This document shows, piece by piece, positions 16,738-22,907 of a stretch of DNA of 38,126 nt. Origin of the DNA: a virus. Its lineage: Duplodnaviria; Caudoviricetes. The notes below the pieces were generated by a model, which had not been told where the DNA came from, ran no database searches, and worked only from the letters and a program-made list of their open reading frames with translations. Every line of letters starts with the position of its first letter. Position 1 is the first letter of the stretch. Made by a program: the position numbers and the translations under genes. Location: positions 1 through 38,126 of the IMG/VR virus record IMGVR_UViG_3300037420_000127, one strand, 5' to 3'.

Positions 16738-16826
16738 AGGGGATAAGACGACTTCCGGTTGTCGTTTCCCCTTCAATCGGCCTTTGAACCTTGAACCCCT
16801 GTCGAGCGATCGGCGGGGGTTCTTGC
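16738..16826. terminator. Tandem hairpins between convergent genes (probable bidirectional terminator)
   Basis: AGGGGA..GACGAC/GTTGTC..TCCCCT, and a 13-bp GAACCCCTGTCGA-GCGA-TCGGCGGGGGTTC hairpin. Confidence 0.55.
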
Positions 16827-17035
16827 TATCGGCTGTAACCCCTGACAACTTCCCAAGGGATCGGTTCGCCGCAACAGCGGCAAATCACCGGACGAACTTC
16901 ATGTGCGCCGATCCATTGCGGATCGCGGCCTAACTGTCGCTGTTCGAAGTCGAACGACGCTAGTTTGCCGCGTGCGATAAGCAACTCTTGATCTTCGAAC
17001 GTCTTTCGCGCTGTTCCGTGAAAACCTTGCGGCAT
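16826..17035 (-). CDS. Hypothetical protein (single antisense-oriented gene in the island)
   Basis: MPQGFHGTARK...CRCCGEPIPW; GGGGGTGG RBS and its own minus-strand TTGACA at 17081. Confidence 0.55.
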   Translation of the reverse strand: MPQGFHGTARKTFEDQELLIARGKLASFDFEQRQLGRDPQWIGAHEVRPVICRCCGEPIPWEVVRGYSR

Positions 17036-17075
17036 GATCCACCCCCAAACGAAGGTTTCAACGTTCTTAACCATG

Positions 17076-17108
17076 TGTCAAGCGCGCTGCTAAAAATACT
17101 TGTTGACA
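17076..17108. promoter_or_regulatory. Second back-to-back TTGACA promoter pair
   Basis: TGTCAA (17076-17081) and TTGACA (17103-17108), with an A-tract between them. Confidence 0.6.
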
Positions 17109-17161
17109 ACACGTCCGCATACGTCGTAACCGTCGCACGTTCAATCGAAGAAGGGATAAAA

Positions 17162-17380
17162 ATGGCAAAGCTTACGTCGCTAGATCAATGCGCCGATCGC
17201 ATTGAAGCAGCCTGTTTAGTATTGCAACCAACCGCTTTTATGGCGATCGCTGATCGCCTTCGTCGTAACGAAATCGATTTGCACGCGCTGTCACATATGA
17301 GGCGCGAAGCCGATCGGTTGATTGAAGGGCTGAATGCCGTCGAACGCATTCTTGCCGAATACCAAGGAAGGACCGGATAA
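17162..17380 (+). CDS. Hypothetical helical protein (72 aa)
   Basis: GAAGGGATAAA RBS downstream of the promoter at 17103. Confidence 0.7.
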   Translation: MAKLTSLDQCADRIEAACLVLQPTAFMAIADRLRRNEIDLHALSHMRREADRLIEGLNAVERILAEYQGRTG

Positions 17381-17423
17381 TCGCTGATTTGACGATCAAC
17401 AAACGTTGAGATAAGCAACAGAC

Positions 17424-17624
17424 ATGCGCCCTGCTAAACGCCGTCGAACTGAACGTCGTAAAGCCCAATTCGGCGCGCGTCCGCCTTACGTTCCGCACGC
17501 GGGATCGACCGCTTCAAGCCGCCCTCTATCATGTGGGCAAGTCCGGCAAGTCGACGAATATATGTGCGCAGCTTGCGGCCTTCGTTGGGGAATAGACGAA
17601 GATCGTCCGCCCTGCCCACGATAG
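17424..17624 (+). CDS. Small zinc-finger protein
   Basis: C..VRQVDEYMCAACGLRW...RPPC. Confidence 0.55.
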   Translation: MRPAKRRRTERRKAQFGARPPYVPHAGSTASSRPLSCGQVRQVDEYMCAACGLRWGIDEDRPPCPR

Positions 17625-17633
17625 GGGAATTTT

Positions 17634-17819
17634 ATGTCAAACGGTTGCGACGTATGCGACGGTTCCGGCTGGCTGATTAGCAGCCGCGATACAAGAGGGA
17701 AACCGCGCTTCAAACAATGCCCTTTTTGCAATGATCGCCGGAACCGAGTGTTTCGGTTCGCGTTCTTCGTCTTGTTGGCCGCTTTTATAGGCTTTGGCAT
17801 TTATCTGTGGATAATTTGA
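17634..17819 (+). CDS. Zinc-finger protein with C-terminal membrane anchor
   Basis: CDVCDGSGW...CPFC then FAFFVLLAAFIGFGIYLWII; AGGGGAA RBS. Confidence 0.7.
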   Translation: MSNGCDVCDGSGWLISSRDTRGKPRFKQCPFCNDRRNRVFRFAFFVLLAAFIGFGIYLWII

Positions 17820-17885
17820 CAAACCCCCTAGACAAAGCGTAAGACATGATTCGCGCGACAAACCCGCCGCGCGAGGAACCTTCAT

Positions 17886-17912
17886 AGGAACCGGGCACAT
17901 GGGAACTGAAAA
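17886..17912 (+). repeat. 27-nt direct repeat, copy 2
   Basis: Identical to 15981-16007. Confidence 0.9.
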
Positions 17913-18324
17913 TACCGCAGCGGCGTTCGCCGCTGTCTTCGCGAATAATGATTGTGAAGTGTTGATCGCATCCGTCGAAGATTGGGCGAACAAGCCCTAT
18001 CGTACGCCGGAAAGCATACTTGAAGCCGTGCCGTGTCTTCAGTCAGGAATGCACGCGTTTTTCGCGCGCAAGGAAGACGAATGCCGCAAGGCATGGAAGA
18101 CGCAAGAGGCTAAGGCATGGCAGGAAGCGCGAGCGACCTTCGATGCCGGAATGCGCGCGTTCGTAAGCGCAATCGCCAATCAACCGAACCCTGAAGACGT
18201 TCGGCCCGCAATTGGCGCGGGTTGGGGATCGCCGCCGAAGTCGGAAGCGCCGCCCCGCCCTTTCACGGATAGTTGGGGCCGTACGATCGCGCCTAAGCAC
18301 GACGCGGTTCCAGTCACAGCGTAG
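17899..18324 (+). CDS. Hypothetical protein (starts MGTEN), weak Acb2-like helix
   Basis: Own TTGACA promoter (17816); contains ARATFDAGMRAFVSAIANQP and a Pro/Trp-rich tail. Confidence 0.7.
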   Translation: MGTENTAAAFAAVFANNDCEVLIASVEDWANKPYRTPESILEAVPCLQSGMHAFFARKEDECRKAWKTQEAKAWQEARATFDAGMRAFVSAIANQPNPEDVRPAIGAGWGSPPKSEAPPRPFTDSWGRTIAPKHDAVPVTA

Positions 18325-18335
18325 TCCACCGGGCG

Positions 18336-18415
18336 CGCCTAGCTCCCTCCCCAACCCCCGCTAGGCGTCGGGGACGACCGACAGGCGGATCAGCAATGGT
18401 CCGCCTGTTTGCTTA
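18336..18415 (+). terminator. C-rich-loop hairpin followed by an intrinsic terminator
   Basis: CGCCTAGC-[TCCCTCCCCAACCCCC]-GCTAGGCG, then ACAGGCGGATCA-GCAA-TGGTCCGCCTGT-TTGCTTATT. Confidence 0.65.
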
Positions 18416-18472
18416 TTGACGATCCCGCCCCGACGGGCGCATAACGCGTCCGTAACCGGGGAAGGGCTTACA

Positions 18473-19117
18473 ATGAATGATATGTCGCGGATCGGCGCAA
18501 TGTCTCGCGTCGTCGCTGAAGGCTTCGACTATCAACGCGAAGCGGACAAAACATGTTCGATCGAATGGAACCCGCAGCACGTCGATTACGACGCATTCTT
18601 GAAAACGTTATCGCAGTTTGTCGATCTTTGCGGCGTGCTTAACGTTTACAAAAAGCTGTTGTTCAGGGGCAAGACGCCGCGTGACGTTGGATTGCCGGAA
18701 CCGTCGTACAGCAAAACGCTTGCAGCGCATGGCGGCGCGATCCCGCCAGCTGAAATTGATCTTGTACATGGGATCATCGGTTCGGCAACCGAAGTCGGCG
18801 AACTTGCCGAAATTCTTCTAGACTTGCTTGAAGGTAAAGCCGCCGATCGCGTTAACGCAATCGAAGAAGCGGGCGACATTCGTTGGTATTTGAACCGCGT
18901 TCTTCGTTGGGCCGATTGCAGCGACCTTCAGTGCGAAATGACGAACATCGACAAATTGCACGGACGGCACGGATCGTCGTTCGACGTATTCCGCGATGCG
19001 AACCGCGATCTTGAACGCGAGCGCGCACGGCTTGAACAGTCAGTCGATCGCAACATTTCCGACGAACGCGCGCCGACGCTACCGCTTGGACCGTACGGCG
19101 ACGAAGAACCGGAATGA
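18473..19117 (+). CDS. MazG-like nucleotide pyrophosphohydrolase
   Basis: HGIIGSATEVGELAE...EEAGDIRWY...NIDKLHGR gives the ExxE...ExxD signature. Confidence 0.85.
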   Translation: MNDMSRIGAMSRVVAEGFDYQREADKTCSIEWNPQHVDYDAFLKTLSQFVDLCGVLNVYKKLLFRGKTPRDVGLPEPSYSKTLAAHGGAIPPAEIDLVHGIIGSATEVGELAEILLDLLEGKAADRVNAIEEAGDIRWYLNRVLRWADCSDLQCEMTNIDKLHGRHGSSFDVFRDANRDLERERARLEQSVDRNISDERAPTLPLGPYGDEEPE

Positions 19118-19410
19118 CGATCGATACGAAAGCGTTGATGCAAAAGTGTCGCGACAACCGCGACAAGCTTGACGCGTGCAAGCGACACTTCTTCCCCATG
19201 CCGCCGGGAACGCCGGTCAACCTTGGCGTCAAGCTGACATGCGAGCGGTGCGGCGGGCAACTCGATTTGGTTGCGATCAACTTCTATGTGCGCGGCTATG
19301 AAGCCGCCGGGGGCAGCGGCAACGACATTGTAACCGGCTGGCGCGAGCCTGAACCGCCTAAGCCGGAACGCCGCTACTTCGGACAGCCTGTCCCGCCTTC
19401 GGACGATTGA
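19114..19410 (+). CDS. Zinc-binding hypothetical protein
   Basis: LDACKRHFF...CERCGG...YVRGYEAAGG; ATGA coupling to the MazG-like gene. Confidence 0.75.
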   Translation: MTIDTKALMQKCRDNRDKLDACKRHFFPMPPGTPVNLGVKLTCERCGGQLDLVAINFYVRGYEAAGGSGNDIVTGWREPEPPKPERRYFGQPVPPSDD

Positions 19411-19473
19411 CGCATTTATCGTTTGATCGTCGCTGCGATCTTCGCTAGAGCCGCCTAAGAAGGAACCGGGCGG

Positions 19474-19803
19474 TTGCTGACACACTCTGATTTGATCGGG
19501 CGCAAAGCCTTTGTTGAGCCGCGTAGCGGCATTCTGTGGGCAATCCTGCCCGACGGGACAATGGAGCAAGTCACAGCGGACGAAGGCATTGCGCCAGCGT
19601 ACCGGAACCTAATCAACGCGTCGCTGTTGTTGTACAACACAAACGTTGTCGTCGCGAACGGCTTATCGGCAATCGCCGAATGGGCTGAAGCGACCGGCAA
19701 TGATCGGATCGTTCACGCCGTAACGACTTTCGAAGCCAACCTAAACCTTGCTCGCGTTTGTGCGCTTGAAGGTTTAGAAAAAGTCGCCGCGCGGCAAAAA
19801 TAA
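19474..19803 (+). CDS. Hypothetical protein (109 aa, TTG start)
   Basis: AGGAACCGGGC leader at the same spacing as in the MGTEN genes. Confidence 0.65.
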   Translation: MLTHSDLIGRKAFVEPRSGILWAILPDGTMEQVTADEGIAPAYRNLINASLLLYNTNVVVANGLSAIAEWAEATGNDRIVHAVTTFEANLNLARVCALEGLEKVAARQK

Positions 19804-19806
19804 TCG

Positions 19807-19840
19807 TTGACAACAGCAACGACCGTCGCATAAACCCGCC
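19807..19840 (+). promoter_or_regulatory. Sigma70-type promoter
   Basis: TTGACA-16/17 nt-CATAAA upstream of the gene at 19895. Confidence 0.55.
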
Positions 19841-19894
19841 AAACCGCCGGGCAATTCAGCGGTTGAAGTTCAATCGAAGAAGGAAGGACGTACT

Positions 19895-20416
19895 ATGGCA
19901 ATCTCGAAAGCAAACGCCGCGCTTCTCGCGACGATCGTTACCGCAATGGCGAACGACGCTACGCCGTACCACATGGTTACGGAAGCCGAAGTCGCCAAGT
20001 TGGTAAAGGATGGACTTGTTGAAACCAACGCGGAAATTCGCGATGGTGACAAGATCGCCGCCCGCGCTACCACGAAGGGAATTGAAGTGAACACGACTGA
20101 AACGGGCAGTTCCAACAACGGCGGCGGTGCCGCAACGACTTCTTCGTTCGCGATCGACGACGGAATTACGATGCCGCCTTCGCGCGGCGGTCGTAATCGC
20201 AGCGTCTATCCGTTCGACGCTTTGACCGTCGGACAGTCCTTCCACGTTCCGGCGTCGGAAGCGAAGCCGAACCCGGCCAAGTCGCTTGCGTCGACCGTTT
20301 CGAGCGCGAACAAGCGCAACGCCAAGGAAGGCGGTTCGGGCTTCAAGTTCGAAGTCCGCTCCGTCGACGCCAGCGATCCGCGCGGCGCTGGCGCTCGCGT
20401 GTGGCGCATCGCCTAA
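19895..20416 (+). CDS. Putative DNA-binding protein
   Basis: FAIDDGITMPPSRGGRNRSVYPFDALTVGQSFHVP...GARVWRIA, a common phage motif; strong RBS, own promoter and terminator. Confidence 0.7.
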   Translation: MAISKANAALLATIVTAMANDATPYHMVTEAEVAKLVKDGLVETNAEIRDGDKIAARATTKGIEVNTTETGSSNNGGGAATTSSFAIDDGITMPPSRGGRNRSVYPFDALTVGQSFHVPASEAKPNPAKSLASTVSSANKRNAKEGGSGFKFEVRSVDASDPRGAGARVWRIA

Positions 20417-20437
20417 CGTTCCAACCGGAACGATCGG

Positions 20438-20476
20438 AAGCCCCGGCGGTTTATTTGCCGTCGGGGCTTTTCTTTT
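20438..20476 (+). terminator. Intrinsic terminator
   Basis: AAGCCCCGGCGG...CCGTCGGGGCTT followed by TTCTTTT. Confidence 0.85.
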
Positions 20477-20511
20477 GCCCACAATTCGGCGACAAGTTCG
20501 ATGGGGATTGT

Positions 20512-20799
20512 ATGAGGGCGTTTATCATGGTTTCGGGGGTCGACGGAGCGGACTACACAGTTCGCGAAATGATTATCGAAATGCGCGGAACGGTTAACCG
20601 TACCGCCGACGACGTAGCGTCGCTTCGATCGAACCAAGACAACCTAGCGCAGCGGATCGGCACGATTGAACGCGACAACGCATTCAATCGCGGACAGAAA
20701 AGCGGTTTCGAACGCGCCGTCAAAGCGGTTTACGCACTCGCGACGGTTAGCGGAATTGGGGGGATTGCAGCAGCCTTCAAAATTCTGCTAATGCACTGA
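20512..20799 (+). CDS. Lysis-associated membrane protein (coiled coil plus C-terminal TM; holin/antiholin candidate)
   Basis: First gene of the lysis cassette; two in-frame ATGs (20512, 20527), each with a G-rich RBS. Confidence 0.6.
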   Translation: MRAFIMVSGVDGADYTVREMIIEMRGTVNRTADDVASLRSNQDNLAQRIGTIERDNAFNRGQKSGFERAVKAVYALATVSGIGGIAAAFKILLMH

Positions 20800-20816
20800 T
20801 CCGGGGGGTTCGGATC

Positions 20817-21101
20817 ATGCTTGCACGTATTGTCGCTTTTCTTCGCCGTGTTCGCGGCGACTTCGAAATGTCGGTTCGCGAAAGCTTCCGACTGTACTCG
20901 CAAAAACTGAACGCGCTAATGACGCTGTTCGTTCTTCCGTACATCATCGCCAGCAACGGCGGCTTCGTCGCATCGATCGTCGACAAGCTTCCTGAAGGTT
21001 ATCGAATGATCCTTGCGCCGTTCGTCGGCGGGATCGCCTTCATGCTTGTGACATGGGCGCGCTTGCGGGTTCAGCCGACGCCGCCGACGCCGAATGCCTA
21101 G
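20817..21101 (+). CDS. Putative holin (2 TM)
   Basis: Two hydrophobic segments, ends ARLRVQP; overlaps the endolysin start. Confidence 0.7.
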   Translation: MLARIVAFLRRVRGDFEMSVRESFRLYSQKLNALMTLFVLPYIIASNGGFVASIVDKLPEGYRMILAPFVGGIAFMLVTWARLRVQPTPPTPNA

Positions 21102-21726
21102 CGTTGTCGAACAAGCGGAAGCTGAAGAAGCGAAAAAGCCGTCGCCGGGGAAGCGAGCAATCCCCGGCGTCTTTCTCGCGATCATCGCAAGCACTATCGC
21201 AATCGAAGGCGGTTACGTCCGCAATCCAAGCGATCCCGGCGGCGAAACAAACATGGGCGTTACGAAGGTCGTTGCTCGCCAAAACGGCTATCAAGGGCCG
21301 ATGCGAACGCTACCGCGTGAAGTCGCCGAAAGCATCTATTATGACAAATACATCGTCGAACCCGGATACGAACCACTAGTCGCGATCGACGCGCCGGTTA
21401 CGGAAGAACTGTTTGATACGTCCGTCAACATGGGCACGTATCGTCCGTCCAAATGGTTTCAGCAATCGACGAACGAATTGTGCGGCGCGCGGCTCGCCGT
21501 CGACGGCAAGGTTGGACCGGCTGCGATTGCGGCGTACAAGGCGTGCCAGCCCCGGCTAGGCGCGGCTCGCCTCTGTGTGGGCACGCTGAACAGCCTAGAC
21601 AGCAAGCAAAAAGCGGAATACGAACGGCTTGTTCGCGTTAATCCGAAATTGAACGTCTTCCTTAAGGGTTGGCTTAGAAACCGGATCAATAACGTCGATC
21701 GCCGCAAGTGTTCGGAAGGACGATAA
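21094..21726 (+). CDS. Endolysin, glycoside hydrolase family 108
   Basis: EGGYVRNPSDPGGETNMGVT, FDTSVNMG, VDGKVGP, FLKGWLRNR. Confidence 0.92.
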   Translation: MPSVVEQAEAEEAKKPSPGKRAIPGVFLAIIASTIAIEGGYVRNPSDPGGETNMGVTKVVARQNGYQGPMRTLPREVAESIYYDKYIVEPGYEPLVAIDAPVTEELFDTSVNMGTYRPSKWFQQSTNELCGARLAVDGKVGPAAIAAYKACQPRLGAARLCVGTLNSLDSKQKAEYERLVRVNPKLNVFLKGWLRNRINNVDRRKCSEGR

Positions 21727-22134
21727 ATGAACGCTGTTGAAGACGTAGCGCTTGCCGCCGTACCGGGCGGATCGGGACTGAAGCTTGCGTTGAAATTCGG
21801 GCCGTTTATCGCTATCGCTTTGCTGCTAGGGTTCATCCTTTGGCAGCGTAACACGATCAGCGAACAGAAAGGCTCGCTTCACGTTGCGCAACAGCAAATC
21901 AACGACTTGAACGCCGCGAATGCGTCGGCGCAAGTTACGATCAACAGCTTTTCGCAACAGCGGATCGACAACGACGCAATCGCCGACGCCGTAGCAAAAC
22001 GGCTTGACACTAACCGGGCGCAAACCGAAGGACAGCGCCAAGCGATAAGGACCGCAAGCAATGATCCGAAGGTTCGCGATTGGGCTAATCAGCCTGTCCC
22101 TAGCAGCGTGCGGAACGTTCTCGAAACACGTTAA
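21727..22134 (+). CDS. i-spanin (Rz-like)
   Basis: N-terminal TM, coiled coil, C-terminal WANQPVPSSV. Confidence 0.8.
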   Translation: MNAVEDVALAAVPGGSGLKLALKFGPFIAIALLLGFILWQRNTISEQKGSLHVAQQQINDLNAANASAQVTINSFSQQRIDNDAIADAVAKRLDTNRAQTEGQRQAIRTASNDPKVRDWANQPVPSSVRNVLETR

Positions 22135-22354
22135 GCCGATCGCGTACAGCGCGCCCCCGGCGGACGTGCCGGACGCTGCGCTTGTGTCGCCGTGCGATAC
22201 GTCGAACAACCCTACGCCGACGAATGGTGCTATGGCGGACGAACTTGCACGTAACCGGGGGCAACGTAATGACTGCGCAGCCCGTATGGACGGCGTTCGC
22301 CAATGGCGATCGGATGCGCTGAAAAGAGCGTCAAAAGCGAAAAAGCCGCATTGA
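22061..22354 (+). CDS. o-spanin (Rz1-like lipoprotein)
   Basis: MIRRFAIGLISLSLAA-C lipobox, Pro-rich with two further Cys; overlaps the i-spanin. Confidence 0.82.
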   Translation: MIRRFAIGLISLSLAACGTFSKHVKPIAYSAPPADVPDAALVSPCDTSNNPTPTNGAMADELARNRGQRNDCAARMDGVRQWRSDALKRASKAKKPH

Positions 22355-22385
22355 TTGAAGGATTGCGTTCGGTTAACTATACGTC

Positions 22386-22907
22386 ATGTCTTGGCACCTA
22401 TCCGGCCCGCCGATCCTTGAAGGCGAAGACGAACGCGAGTTGAAGCTTGCGTTCGCTCGCTATTGCTTCGAAAATCCCGGCCTTGAACGCGAAGCCGGAT
22501 ATCACGTCTTCCCCGGACGCGACAATTTCGGGCGCGCGTTGCAAGCGCAAGCATGGATACACGATCCGATTGTTCGCGCCGAACTTAACGCCATGCGCGG
22601 CGACGAAGACGCGGTTGACGAACGCTGTCCGTCCAAAGCTGATCTTGAAAGCGAAGCTTGGGATATCGCTCGCAATCCCGCCGTCGACGCCAAGGATCGC
22701 ATTGCTGCAATTCGCCTAGCCGCTGAAATGCAAGGCGCAATTCAGAAAGGACCGGCGGTAGCGATCGACAACCGAACGATCAACGTACTTCGCGTGCCGA
22801 CACGCGATGTAACGCCGGAAGACGACGCCGACTTTGATTTGAAGTTCAAAGCGCAACAGACGAAGCTAGTCGCCGATGCGCGTTCCGCCCGACAAATCGC
22901 AGCGTAA
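22386..22907 (+). CDS. Terminase small subunit
   Basis: Upstream of and overlapping TerL; KDRIAAIRLAAEMQG helix. Confidence 0.75.
   Translation: MSWHLSGPPILEGEDERELKLAFARYCFENPGLEREAGYHVFPGRDNFGRALQAQAWIHDPIVRAELNAMRGDEDAVDERCPSKADLESEAWDIARNPAVDAKDRIAAIRLAAEMQGAIQKGPAVAIDNRTINVLRVPTRDVTPEDDADFDLKFKAQQTKLVADARSARQIAA

Noticed and set aside
16720-16830. tRNA in a structured intergenic region
   Set aside because: No cloverleaf with a T-loop GTTCRA in the correct geometry; the hairpins fit terminators better.
18473-19117. MazG as part of a Z-genome or 7-deazaguanine modification pathway
   Set aside because: No purZ, datZ, dpdA or que genes in this window; the missing part of the genome cannot be assessed.
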